The notes beneath the pieces were generated by a model. The model did not search any database. It was given only the letters and a program-made list of their open reading frames with translations, and was not told where the DNA came from. DNA of 64,000 bases. Origin: Antedon mediterranea (Eukaryota > Animalia > Echinodermata). Below, piece by piece: positions 13,801 to 28,800 of the stretch. The stretch lies in contig NC_092678.1 of assembly GCF_964355755.1 (NCBI RefSeq), positions 4,170,422 to 4,234,421 of the forward strand, read 5' to 3'. Within the stretch, counting starts at the first letter, position 1. Each line of letters opens with the position of its first letter. Both the position numbers and the translations under genes were made by a program.

Positions 13801-16800
13801 TGGTGTTGATGTTATTGGCTTGTCCATAATCATAACAAGAGGACAATGATCGGTGATCACAGTGAGAGAGCGGCCAAATAGATATGTGTGGAAACGTTTG
13901 GTTCCAAAAACAATTGCGAGGAGTTCCTTTTCAATGCATGCATATTGCTGCTCTGTTGGAGTTAAGCTTTTGCTTGCAATCTGTTTAAGTTTATTTTTTA
14001 CGTTTGGTTGTACTAACGCTGCACCGACACAACGTAGACTGGCATCACAATGTAGCTCTACTGGTTTTCTGGGATCATAGTACTGTAAAAGTGAGCTTTC
14101 TGATATTTCTTGTTTCAATGCTTTGTTATTTTGTGGTTCCCATAAAAAATGTGCATCTTTGGATAAAAGATCTCTGAGTACGTAAGTAAGTCTCTGATGA
14201 ACTTAGACAGATATGTGATGAAACCGAGAAATTGTTGCAATTCTACCCTTGATGTTGGTTCTGGCATAGGCTGTAAATCTTGTATTTTTGCAGGATCAGG
14301 TTTCATGCCTTTGTTAATGTACACGTTTCCAAAAAATTAAATTTTGTTACATTTGATTTTGCACTTTGATGAGTTGAGCACCATGCCCTTTTGTTTTTGG
14401 TCATGTTCTTGATCATTGTCCGTAAATGATTATGTCGTCTGCAATACCACATGCCACAGTTCATTTCTCAAGGATGCGATCCATCTCTAACTGGAAAATA
14501 ACCTGACTAACCGAAGAGGGAGGCGTTTAAAGCAATAGCATCCATATGGTGTAATTGCACTGACCAATAGCCAGATTTTGCATCAAGTTTGGAAAACCAA
14601 TTTGCTTTGGCAAGCTTATGGTTGATCATGTTGACCGTAGGATTCCTATGGTATGGGCGAAATAGCGCTTTGTTTAGAGGTTTGGGAACTAGACATATTC
14701 TCAAACTTCCATCTTGTTTGGTGACATATGTGAGTGAACGGACCCATGTCATGAAAACATGAATACCTGGTCTGTTCTCAAGTTGGACTTCAAGAGTTGC
14801 ATGTGTCTCAGTGCGTTTCATGCTTTGTGAATTACACCGAATGAAAATCTATCATATATTTCATATTCATCATGCTCATCCTGTGTTTCTATGGTGTCGA
14901 TGTTTTGCCTTTCATGTTGCATTCTGTTTAGTGCCGGTTTTTCTGCGTTGCTGGTTTCTGGGTTGCTGATTTCTGCATTGCTAGTTTCTGGGTTGCTGGC
15001 TTCTGGGTTTCTGGGTTTCTGGTTTCTGGGTTGCTGGTTTCTGGGTTTCTGGGTTTCTGGTTTCTGCGTTGCTGGTTTCTGGGTTGCTGGTATGGCCTTG
15101 ATTTGTTATCAGTGTTTGTAAATTTGGTGGTAATACAGTATTTGGCCCAGTGGCCTATTTTGTTACATGCTCCACAAGCGTCTTTTTGTGCTGAACAATT
15201 TTGTCTTCCATACTGATGATCTCTGCCACAATTTTTACACATAAGTTTCTCCATGGTGGCTCTGGGTTTTGGTCTTGAATATATATAATATTAACTGAGG
15301 TCTGTCTGCCCTATTTCTTATTTCTTGTGTTCTGGCAATATTCAGTGCTTGATCGAGAGTCACAGCTCAGAAGTTTTTTCTGCACCTCAGTGCTGCTGGT
15401 GCCTGTTATTAATTGTTCTAGAATCCGTTCATCAAATTCGGAATTTACTATAGGTCTAGCAGAAACTTGGCCGTCTGCTATCTGGTTGTTTGGCCTATCC
15501 ATCCTGAAGCTGCATTTTGGTGCTTGTAGGCGTAGCCTTGTTGTGAAATTCTCCACAGATTCATTACACTCTTGTTTTAATCTACCTAATTCATAACGAG
15601 ATAAAGATTTTGTTTTAATCAACTCGCCCTGATATTAAACGGTACTCATGGCGTCAACCAACACCTTTAAACCAAGCTAAATCAGATTCCTTTCTAATTT
15701 AATCAAAAGTGATAGTTCCATGAGTGGTAAAGGTTTCTGTAGAAAAATGTATTTATAAAAAAAATTCGACTCTGAAAACATTTGAAAACAAATGGGAAAA
15801 TTTATATGGTTTATTTGCTTGACTGGATACTACAATATGAAAAGTAAACACCAACATGCTTTCCGTTCGAGGCTCCTGCTTGACACAAGTTTTTCCGAGA
15901 TGTACACGATGCTTTTGATGATAGTGACCTAGTATACATTATCTATCTTGACTGTAAAAAAGCATTTGATAATGTACCGCATGAACGTCTCAAAGCTAAA
16001 CTTCAAGCAAATTGGATCAATGGAAGAATCCTAAACTGGATATCTAACTTTTTTAGCTCAGCAATGTGTAACAATGTTCTCTCTCATTCAAGCAAAAAGT
16101 AACTAGTGGTATAATTCAAGATTCATCCTTTTCCTCATATTTGTATGATTAAGCGTACTTTCTCATACATGCACCAAGATATGTTTCTTCCTCTTTATAA
16201 GACCCTTGTTAGACCGATCATGGAATTTTCAGTACAGGCTTGGTCTCCCAACTTAAAGAAAGACATCATCAAACTTGAAAAAGTGCAAAATAGAGCCACC
16301 AAGTTAGTACCAGAATTGCAAGAACTATCTGCTGACGGAAGGCTTCATAGATTAGGACTCCCTACCATGCAACAGAGAAGAGAACGTGGTGAAATGATTG
16401 AAACTTTTAAAATAGTAAATGGATTTCATGACCTGGACGCTACAACCTTCTTTTCCATCTGTCACAAACCAGGAGGCCACTCCCAAACACTATCAAAATC
16501 CAGGCTCATGATTTGTATGATTTGTTGGTTGTTTATTTATTTTGTTGAGGACTATTTTTGTTTGTTTTGTTACCACAGCTGGTGGCCTTGTGTTTTTGGA
16601 AATGAAATAAAAATTAAAAGAAAATGTTATCTTTTGTTTTGTTATTCATCTTCGATGGTCTTTTTAAAGTCATTGTGCAAAACTCACCTGATTGTAGAGA
16701 AGTTTTCTTTGAATACATTCCTTCTTGTAGAGTATCTTAAGGTCCTCCAGATCCTGATTAGTGGTGGTTCCAATACTACTCATCTGCAACAGGGCATCAC

Positions 16801-19800
16801 AAGCTTGTTTTAATAAACCACTCAAATCTAATGGCAAAAAAAGAATTAAAATCGTTTTCAGAATCTAATCTAAAACTCCTATTGAGAAAGACATGTGATA
16901 CTACTAACACCAAGAGCATGTTTTTTAACCCAAAGTGCGTCTCTTGTCAATCCAAATGACATGTCTAGTCAAACCAAATGATGTGTTACTTTAAACTAAA
17001 GGGCACATCTCTCCAACCCAAAGGGCACATCTCTCTAAACCCGAATGAAGTGTCTCGTCAAACCTGAATGGAGTGTTTCGTCAAACAGAATGGCGTGTCT
17101 AGTCAAACCAAATGGCATGTCTTATTAAACCAAATGGAATGTCTCGTCAAACTGTTTACAACTGTTTTACTGTACTGTTTATTTTTCAGCTTAAGTATTC
17201 GTATGATTTACCAGCAAAAGATGATTTGATGTCATTTTTCAGACTACGTTGAGCTTTGTCCAATGCTTTAGTCTGCTTTTCAATTTTCTTTAGCTTAGCT
17301 TCATCAATAACTGGTCCAGTTGCTACTGGGTCTTTCTAAAATAGAAAGCAATAGAGTTTAGTAACTCCTACCTACTACTCAAACCAATACCATGATTTTG
17401 ATTAAAAGAACACATTATGTTTATGCAGTCAAAAAATTATCTTATTCTGTGCCTCTTTGAATCAGAACATGGCTAGTTTAAGGTAACACTACATTGATGT
17501 AAAAACATGGCTAGTTTAAGGTAACACTACATTGATGTAAAAACATGGCTAGTTTAAGGTAACACTACATTGATGTAAAAACATGACTAGTTTAAGGTAA
17601 CACTACATTGATGTAAAAACATGGCTAGTTTAAGGTAACACTACATTGATGTAAAAACATGGCTAGTTTAAGGTAACACTACATTGATGTAAAAACATGG
17701 ATAGTTTAAGGTAACACTACATTGATGTAAAAACATGGATAGTTTAAGGTAACACTACATTGATGTAAAAACATGGCTAGTTTAAGGTAACACTACATTG
17801 ATGTAAAAACATGGCTAGTTTAAGGTAACACTACATTGATGTAAAAACATGGCTAGTTTAAGGTAACACTACATTGATGTAAAAACATGGCTAGTTTAAG
17901 GTAACACTACATTGATGTAAAAACATGGCTAGTTTAAGGTAACACTACATTGATGTAAAAACATGGCTAGTTTAAGGTAACACTACATTGATGTAAAAAC
18001 ATGGCTAGTTTAAGGTAACACTACATTGATGTAAAAACATGGCTAGTTTAAGGTAACACTACATTGATGTAAAAACATGGCTAGTTTAAGGTAACACTAC
18101 ATTGATGTAAAAACATGGCTAGTTTAAGGTAACACTACATTGATGTAAAAACATGGCTAGTTTAAGGTAACACTACATTGATGTAAAAACATGGCTAGTT
18201 TAAGGTAACACTACATTGATGTAAAAACATGGCTAGTTTAAGGTAACACTACATTGATGTAAAAACATGGCTAGTTTAAGGTAACACTACATTGATGTAA
18301 AAACATGGATAGTTTAAGGTAACACTACATTGATGTAAAAAAATGGCTAGTTTAAGGTAACACTACATTGATGCATAGAAAAAATAATATCTCTATGATT
18401 GATGTAAAAATAAATACAATATGAACCTATTGCGATTATTTTTTTTTATCTTCAAACGGTTAAAAATGTGAAACATAAAGTTGATTCTAACAATTTAAGC
18501 GGCCCACTATAAATACCAGAATGTATCACGCATGGATTGATATTTTCATAGTGTGATGTGATGCAACCACTTTGATTGATCGTGAAAGGGTAAACACAAA
18601 TGCATATTCGAAGAAAGCTACTTGCATTATTTAAACAAGCAATACTTTAATTGGACTTGTCCATCATGCGAAGCGATAAACTTAGCTAGCTCGTCACCTG
18701 TCACAGGCATTTTAAATCACACTATAGTTCATTACTTGAAAATTCTGATAGTGAAAGCTCAATAGATTTCAACTAAAAAATATCTTCAAGTCCCCAAATT
18801 AAAACTAATACTAGACGTAAGACGTTTGTACCTAAATTCTAATATACAGCTCAGTCACTGACATGCAACAAGGTGGTGTTGGAATACTTATGTCAAGTGT
18901 TTGCAAAGCGTGACATCTATTTCAAACAGGATCAACACCATGGAAGTATAAAGCTACATTCCATAGTAATCCGAAGCTTACTATAACATCTGTTTATGCT
19001 CCCACGGAGTGTGCTACACTTGCTGATAACAGCCTAGAGGACCATATCAAACAGGTCAAAACACACAACTTCCATCTGGTTGTGGGAGACTTCAATGTTA
19101 TGAGTTGGAATTGACAGCCATCTTACACACTCAGAATTTATTGACCGCCACTGTTTCTATGATACAAGTAACAGCAACGAAGAGAAACTGGTGAGCTTAT
19201 GTGAAGAACACAAACTTCGACCAGCACAGATGAAGTTTACACAGCATAGAAGCCATTAGTGGACATGGATGCATCCAGCAGGATTGACACATCAGCTGGA
19301 TCACATTCTAATAAATAGTGGTCAAACTCTTTAAGAAACTGCAGGGCTTACAACACAGTTTAATTAGACTCCGACCATCAAATCATCAGCATTTTGCTAG
19401 TGTGCAGCCTTAGAACCACCAAAGGAAAACCTCTAAAAAGGCCAAAGTTTGACTGTATAAAACTACAAACCAATGATACATCTACACCAATAACCAAGAG
19501 CTATCAACCATTCAAACAGACTGTTGCCGAGGTGGCTGAGAATGTGAAGGGCAAGCGCAAACTCTGTGGCATGCTGAGTTGGGTGTCTGACAAGATGAAG
19601 CTAAAAGAATACACCTAGTCTCCAAATCAAAGCAGTCAAGAGAACGGTGGCAGACACTCAATTCCAAATTGAATATCATCAGAATCCGAGATCATGTGGA
19701 TCCCATCTTGAGGAGTAATCAGGCTGGATTTCGCCCCGGAAGAAGTTGTTCTCAGTAGATATATATCATCAGAAGGGTAATGGGGGGTTTTCAAGACTAC

Positions 19801-22800
19801 CACCTCCCTCTTACAGTCACCTTCAATGTTCAATTTGGTGAACAGTGTGGAAGAATCAAATGGATTACAGGATGATCTGAATAAATTATTTGAATGGTCT
19901 GAGAAATGGCAACTTCCTTTCAACTTAATGAAATGTAAAATTATGCATTTTGGAAGCAGGAATAGGAAAGTTATCTATCATATGGGTACTGATCAAAGAA
20001 GAATTCCAATTCAATCAGTGGAATCAATAACAGATTTGAGAATCATACTTGATAATAAATTGTCCTTTGGATTACATGTTGCACAGAAGGCTTCTATGGC
20101 AAACAGAAAATTAGGAATGATAAAACGAACGTTTCATTATCTGGATAACTATTCTTTCATGCAGCTGTATAAAACCATAATCAGGCCGTCAATCGAGTAT
20201 TGCAGTCCTGTTTGGCAACATATATATCACAAAGAGTCAGACAAGCTTGAAAAAGTGCAACAGAGAGCAACCCGTTTGGTGCCAGGCATTAGAAGAGATA
20301 CTTATCAGGATAGATTGAAACAACTACAACTACCTACTCTTTATTTCAGAAGGCTGAGATCTGCTCTAATCCAGGTTTTTTTAAATTTGTAGTCATATTG
20401 ATAATATAGATGCTAGAAATCTGTTCACTTTTGTAGGAGAGTCCAGAACTAGAGGCCATAAATGTAAAATGAATAAAGACATATCTCATCTACGAATTAG
20501 ACAAAAGTTCTTTACTCAAAACATATGCAATGTCTGGAACAAATTACCGTCAACCGTCATAGAATCTGACTCAATCAACCAGTTCAAGTCAAGGCTGGAA
20601 AAACATTTGTCTACTTCTTTCTGCAAGTTTGCCCCCTATAGTAGACAAGATAATATATAGAAACACGTCGAGGGACACACAAGCTTCGGCTTTATAAGTC
20701 TCAACATCAAGTAAATCAAGTAAAGTAAAACCTTTATAGACTTCAAGAAGGCTTTTGATTCCATCAACAGAAAGGTTAAGTTTGCTGTGCTGCGGCATTA
20801 TGGTGGTCAATACCATAAGCATACTGTATAACAACTCTAAAAGTGCAGTAATGGTCAATGGGAAAATATCAGATCCATCCCAAGTCTCAACTGGAGTTCT
20901 TCAGGGTGACGTTTTGGCTCCATTCCTATTCATCATTTTCTGCTGACGAAGTGACACACCCTCGCCAATCCCCAGCCAAAGTGTTGAATGACTTGGATTA
21001 CTTGAATCTACTATTCCCCGTGCTCCGGCTCAGCTGACCAACAGCAGCATAAGTCCTTGGTCTCATAATCAGCGTAGCCAAGACAGAGTACATGACTTTT
21101 AATTGTCATCCTCACACAACACTCAAGGTGACTGACTTCAAGTACCTTGGCTCCAAGATGGCATCTGCTGCAAGCGACCTCAAAAGACGCAGAGCATTAG
21201 CATGGAGTGCTTTCTGGAATACTACCTGTGTGACTATCTTCCTCTATGGTTGTGAATCCGGGGTGTCGTCTCAAGACATGGAAAGCAAAATCAACTCATT
21301 TGCTACATCTTGCTACAGGATTATGTGTAGCATTAAACGAAGAGACCGTGTCTCGAACACCATTGTATAATCCATGACTAACTCTGAGCCCCTTATCAAT
21401 TGTGTAAGGAACCGCCAGCTGAGATTCCTTGGGCACATTCTCCATCAGCCAGAGGAAGAGCCTGAAAGAACATACGCTCTCTATATACCAACTAATGGCA
21501 AAAAGATGCCTGAACGTCCTCGAACATCTTATTCAACCTATGTTCAACGTGTTCTAGGGTACGATGAAGGCATGATACAAGCTGAACAAATAGCCCCACT
21601 TGCCCAAGATCGAAGTGCTTGTAAAGTCTTGTAATCGCCTGCTGCCCAGCATGAAGGATAGATAGAAACTCCAGATGTGTAAAAGACAACTAGAATCATT
21701 TAAGGAAGGCCTTACTAAATTAATTGAAAAACTTGTACCTAAAAAAATAATTAGGCGACATCAAAGACCACGATGGTTGTCTACAGAACTACTTAGGGAT
21801 TGTAGAAAGAGAGAAAGCTTACCTCACCTTCTGGCTGGTATAAGTTTACCACCTTAAAAAGTCTGTGTAAAAGGAAGTCTGTAGATCGAAACGCGAGGGG
21901 AAATGTTCGGATACAGCCAATTATAGACCAGTCTCATTAACATCAGTCTGTTGTAAATTATTAGAACACATCATAGACAGCAGCTTATGCAACACCTTGA
22001 AAAACATCAGATCCTCAATAAAAATAAGCATGCTTTTCACAAAGGCCTGTCATGACCAAAGATTTTATAGCCAAAGGCTAGATCGTCAACTCTAATGTAG
22101 ATGCATTGTTGCAGACAATTGGTCACCTACTTTTTAAATAGACAAACAATTCGGTCCCATACACCTTTGACGGGCCTACCAATGTAATGCACAACTCTAT
22201 TTCATCCACAATTTGGAACCCCGTTTGCGAGGTGGGTTTGTGAAAATGATTGGGTTTGTCCACATGATTCTATTGCATTAAGACATCCGCTCCGTTTCGA
22301 CCTGCTCTTTTGCCGACATTCAAGTTCTTAAAAGGTATTTGGTAGCATACATGGTTTTGAAAGTTTTAACGGGTTACATTTATACCAGAACAACAACAGT
22401 GTTTTCTTACAAACCAGATAATACCGTAATCACTGTATTTTAGAATACATTTTTCTTGAATTTACTTGCCAAAAAATTTTGAAGTTAATAACTGATCCGT
22501 TTATGTCTTTATAGACACAGTAAACATTGGGTTCTATGTTACGGACAAATGCAATTTGTGTGCACATATACTGTAGTGCATTGCGTAGCGGGCTAACACA
22601 ATGTCACAACACATTTCACAAGCAAATATTTTTCTAAAAGGCCCTTGTTTTTAGTCTAGGAGATCGATCTTGTCTGTGAGTGACAAACATATTCAGCCTA
22701 CGACAGACTATTGTTTATTAAGGCTATCCTAACCAACTCATGGTGCCGTGGTTATCAGAACGTCTATGAGTAAATGCCATGCGCCAGTGAGGCAAAAGGC

Positions 22801-25800
22801 ACACCACAAAAGACGACCTGACACGTAGGACTCAAGTAGAATAAGATCTTTATTCGTCAAAACCAAATATCATAACAATATAACAACCAGTGGCCATAGT
22901 GTGAGTGTCAACCCAGCTAGAGGGCGCTAGACTGGCAATGGTTTTAACTTATAACTGAATGTATGTGGCAACTGCCGTGTGTGGCCGTACTGTGCCAGAT
23001 AAATATTTATAACAAATAACAAATTTTGTTTGTTGTTGTATGGGGTTATGGACAGAGATGAGATTACATCATCTCTATTCTCATACTTACTATTTTAGTC
23101 TTCATTCGAGTAATAGGTCTGGCAGTTTGAGGGCGCTCTTGCTGTAAAGATGTGATCTTTAAGTTAGTTGTTTTAACCTCAACCTCTAAACTGGTAACTT
23201 GTTCTTCCAAAGAATTAACCTGTACAAAAATATTACAATTTCTTAAGTATCGTAATAAAAATAGATTTTATAATATTTTGAAATTAAACGATGTGGATTA
23301 GGTGACAGGAAGGGAACAAACCATATCCACTGAAAGTACAATAGACTCTTCCAATACCGGACACTCTGAAAACTAGAAACTTTCCCAAAACCAGGTTGCA
23401 AAATAATCATTAATATTAAAAACACATTCCGAATGCAAGACAGAAAACCTGACATGTTGGGTAGGCCAGCCCATGGATTAATGAATACACGGATATGCAT
23501 CAGTTTGAGATCAAAGCTTCCGTGTCTCTTGCCGACAGAGCGGTCATGTGCGTAATCTATTGTTTACTGCACATGTGCAACAACCTTTAACCTTGCTGGC
23601 TATGCTAATCAACAATTTGTGCCTGTGACATGGATGACATAACCATTAGCCAATCATGCACTACAATATAAATATAATCAAATCGATAATTAAGAAGATT
23701 CATGAAAAAAGCCATATATTTTTCATTTTACATTTCGTAGTCAGATTGTGATGAAATTAAAACTAATTGTTCACCAATATCTTGTCAATTAATCCTCGAC
23801 GCATACACGTCAATAGAACAATCAGACTGCGCATATGATTTACGTTTTGTTGTCCAAAAATATAACATTTAATTGGCCGCGGTTAGAGACATGGAGTTCA
23901 AAGAGCAGGTTTCTTTGTTTGGCAGCAGTAATTTAGTATAGACCAGCACTTTGGAAAATCGGTTGTCACCATCGGTACGTATCCACCTATTTATATATCT
24001 ATATCTATGGGTTGACTGTATACATTTCAACGCTGTTTATTCATACCTGAGCTGTCAATGTGTCATTGTCAGTCACTATCTCACGATGTCTCCTCTTTGT
24101 GGCTTCATGTTCTCTAGACTAAAACAAAAACAACATTTACATTAACAACTTTAATATTGTCAAATGATCCAGGAACATTAAAATCACTAATACAGAGGTA
24201 TTAACCATTTTGAAATCAACACTGTTACTTCCAGGAACTGTTCAGGTGGTGTTGTTGTTTTGTGCAGATGAGGAGAATTCACGGCAAGGAAATTAACGTG
24301 TCCGAGTGATCAGTGACGTGTATATTATTAAGAGTTAATACGATGTTTTACAATATAATACGAGTGTGAAGATGTTTACCGTAGTTTGAATTTACATCGG
24401 ATGTTAAGGATTTCGTAGATTTAAAGGAAATTACTGGATGGGAAGTTTGTTATTTCGTTTAACCATTATTCAATTGTTATAAACAGGTCGGGATCTTTGG
24501 AGTGTCTACTGTGATAAAAATCGCCAAAGAGAATAGGCCTACTCTGACTGATGTTATTTTGGAATTGAGTCGAATTTTAGTTCAAAGACAAGTGATTGCT
24601 ACTGTTGGATACTTATTAAACTGTTACATAGTTTTATACGTAGTTTTATTCATTTTATTTAGACTTTAATACATTCTGTCGGGGATATACAAAATCAATA
24701 ACCCCACTCCCCACATGACGACATTTACACCTAATCTAAAAAGGCAACTATTATCAGTACAGTCCTCCTTCGAATCAATATGCATTCTATTGGATGCGCA
24801 ACGCCACCACAACGCATACTAATTCTCACCTCCGAAAGACTCGTATAATCTTTGTAATATTGAGTAATATGAATGAAATATAAGACACGATTCGATGATG
24901 GTTACTACTTCTTTTGCTTTATTACTAACAACTAACTATGGTGTGCCAAACGCGACACAACTAACTATGGTGTGCCAAACACGACACTACATCCCTCCAT
25001 CTTTTACATAAAAACTAAGCAATAAACTTGAAACAATTTGGTTGTCAAGCATTGACAATCTGCGGTGTTATAGAAATGTTATTATGAGTTCAGGTTATCA
25101 AGTTTTGTAATTATCAGTGCTGATCATTATTAAAACTATCAGAGTTACGATTAACTTATGGAACATAGTCTTTGAGATAAACTGATGGCTGTCGAACTCT
25201 TTGAGGATTGCGCCTTGCATTATTTGTTGTTATGGGATGTTTTCCGGGAGAATCGTCATCTGTGAGGTAGTCGTCTTCGCTGTCTGTATTTGTGTTTGCA
25301 ACGCGATTGTTAAGAAGTTTAAAGAATGACGAGTTTCGAGTGATACCGTGCTGTCCTCGCATTGCGGTAATCATTGTTCCGTTTGTTTTAGTTACCCTGT
25401 ATGGTTTAGTTTTATATGGTGTTTTTGTTGATGTTATTATGCCGCTTTCTTTTACAAGGACCATGTCGCCAACTTCAATTTGTTTCTTTCGAGGTTTCTT
25501 TCGTCTCTCTGCGTAGTCCTTCATTTTTTATTTTTGTGCGTTATCTTTGTCCCTGACTGCATCTTGATTGATACTTGATTGTTTGATTATTTCTGGGAGT
25601 CTTACTTTGAAGGTATGTCTAAAAATCAAAGATGCTGGAGGTTTGCCTGTGGTATTGTGTGGGGTGGCTCTGTAATTTCTGAGGTATTGGTTGAGTGATT
25701 GTTTATAGTTAACACCTTCGGCCACTGCGGTTTTGTAGACCTTTTTCAAATTACGCATTACTCTTTCCACCTCTCCGTTTGCTTGCGGCCATAGTGGAGT

Positions 25801-28800
25801 TATTTTGCGGTGATGAGTGCCAAGGTACTTTGTGAATTGAGAAAACTCATGACTGTTGAATGGTGGTCCATTGTCGGTGCGAATTATACTGGGTATTCCA
25901 AAATTAGCAAATACTGTGTCTATCTTGGGAATAACTGTCTTCGCTGATGTTGATTTAACAACTTCCACTGTGATGAATCTGCTATAGTCATCGAGAATCA
26001 CTAGAAGATGCTCGCCAGTAGGGAGGTCTTTAAAGTCAATACTAATTTCCTCCCATGGTCCGTTAGGAAGTTTCGACATCTGAAGCGGTTCATTGTGGTT
26101 CTTTTCAGTCACCGTCGCTTGACATGGTATGCAGTGTTTTACTTTTGATTCGACCATGCGGTCTATTCCGGGAAACCATATTTTTTCTCGGAGGAGTTGC
26201 TTTGTCTTTACTATGCCCTGATGTCCTTCGTGGGCGATGTCTATTTAACTGTGTTTCTAAGTGCCTTGGGTATGACTATGCGGTGATCGCGTAGGAGTAT
26301 GTTGTTTTTTTGGTCGAATGTTAGCTGATTGCGAACTTTGTGCATGCACTGGAGATCGGAATGGAGGTCATCTTGAACTTGTAGAGCCTCGTGCCATTTG
26401 TTGTGACTGATGGCCTTAATGCATGTTTGTATGAGACCATCGTTTGCCGTTTCACGTCGAACTTGTTCCAGAGTAAGTTATTTAGGGATTGCGTTGTTTG
26501 TTACAAGATTGACGTGTTCTTCTGCTATGATGTCCAGTTTTGTCTTGTCGCTCATTCATTGTAAGGCTGTGTCTTGACATATAGTCAGCTGGATTTGTAT
26601 TGCCTGGTTGGTACTTCAGGGTGTAGTCGTAGGCTTGGATTTTTAATATCCATCTTACGATACGTGGTGGTGGTTTCGATGCGGGATTATTGAATAGCGT
26701 AAGAAGCGGTTTGTGATCTGTCACTACATCGAACTCGCAGCCACATAAGTACAAGTGAAAGTGTTGGATTCCCCATATGACTCCTAGTGCTTCACGCTCT
26801 ATTTGAGAGTACCTAGTTTCGACACTTGTAAGCGCGCGACTCGCGTATGCTAGCGGTTGACCGTTTTGGCTCAGTATGGCCCCGAGTCCACTTGGACTCG
26901 CGTCGGTTATGATCGTTGATTTCTTTTCTGGATCAAAGTAGGCCATGACGTGCGAGCTGGTTAGCGTTTTCTTTAGTTTGTCGAATGCCTGCTGTTCTTC
27001 TTCACCCCAGAACCATGGTGTGTTTTTGTGAGTGAGTTTTCTGAGCGGTGTTGTTATGGTAGCATAGTTTGGAATGAATCTAGCAACGTATTGTGTCACG
27101 CCTAGGAGCGATCGCGTTTGTTCTTTAGAAGTCGGTGCTGCAGCCTTTTGGAGTGAGACAATCTTTTTAGGATCTGGTGATACTCCGGTATCGCTAAATA
27201 CTGTATGTGTCCGTAGAATTCAACGCTGCGTTTGAAGAATTCGCACTTAGCTTTATTTAAGGCAAGGTTTTTATCTCTCAGTCTTTCCATACAGGCTTTG
27301 AGATTGCTTGCATGTTCGGCTTCAGTGTTACCAAACACTAGTATGTCATCACTTATATTTATGACTCCTTTTAGTCCACCTAGTGCAGACTGAATGACGT
27401 TTTGAAATTTTTCTGCTGCTGAACAAACTCCAAAGCTTAGTCGTTTATACCTGAAAAGGCCAACGTGTGTTGAGAAGACAGTAATGTATCGCGACTTTGG
27501 GGCTAGCATTATCTGATGATAGCCTGCGTTCATATCGATCTTTGAAAACATCACGGCTCCATTTAGTTTTCCGATTATGTCGTCGATTGTCGGTGTCACG
27601 TGTCTCTCTCTGCTTATTATAGCTTTGTTCGCGGCCCTCATATCAACGCAAATGCGAATTTCGTTAGGTTTCTTAGGCTTTGCTACAACAGTTATTGGTG
27701 AAATCCATGTAGTAGGTTCGTTGTCAACTGGTTCAATGATATCTAACTCCTGTAATCGTTTCAGTTCGCTTTCAACCTTCTTCCTTAAATGAAACGGTAT
27801 CCTGCGATGCGATTGAGCCACAGGTTGTATTTCAGTATTTATGTGTAGATTGCACATAGTGTCGTTAAGCTTATCCAATACCAGTAAACCTGTCTTTGTA
27901 TGTCTCGGTTATTGTGCTTTTGTTTAATACCGTTGCATCTGCGTGTTCATTCAGGTTATACGTTACTTGAATTAGGTCGAGTGCTTTCGCTGTGTTAAAA
28001 CTGAGTAGCGTTTCGACTCCTTTTTCGGCTACGCTGAATGATGCTGATATTGTGTTCGTTTTATAGGTTATGTTTGCCGTGAAAGTTCCAGCTAGGCACA
28101 GTGCTTGTCGGCTTCCATAACCGAACACCTTTGGTAGCTTTTCGGTATATAGCTGTGGTTTGTGTTGCAGGCGTTTGTATGTCGACATACTCATTATATT
28201 AATAGTTGCACCGGTATCGATAATTGCGTTGACAGTACTACCTTGAATGTTCCAGATTAACTTTGGGTTGTTTTTCAGACTCGGTACCTGTAATATGGAA
28301 TGAGTATTCATCTTCGCTTGTTGTGCTATCATTGTCATCGTTAGACATGGTGTCAATAGCATGTGCGTTGTGTTTTTGTCTACATTGTTTAGCATGATGA
28401 TTCATTTTACCACAATTGTTGCATTTTTTGCCGTATGCTGGACACGTATTTTTGCTTTTGTGAGGGTACTCACCTCCGCAGTTATGCAGATTGTTGAACT
28501 TGTGCGTGATTTTCTTGGATTGCTTTCCTGTGGTGTGTTTTGGTATTTCTGTTTACCTTTTTTGTGTGAACGCACTGTTCTCGCGTGTTGAGTTGCTTCG
28601 GAAACATCACTCGCTTTGCTTTGTTTCATTTGGAGTGGAGCTGTGGCTTGGTGGTTATGATGCTTGGCTACCAATCTAAGGGTCCTGGGTTCAAGTCCTG
28701 TCATATGTCAGGGTTTTTTTCTCATGACAATTTACAACTCCACTCCCAAAGACTTAATAATAAGTCTTTGTCTATGTAGAGCATCTTGTGTATATGTTTG

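Noticed and set aside
14891-15216. GFW/ETQKP repeat protein
   Set aside because: A short tandem expansion within the decayed gag of the Gypsy remnant.
28633-28710. Functional tRNA gene
   Set aside because: A and B boxes are present, but the acceptor stem does not pair and the sequence continues into a SINE body, tail and TSD.
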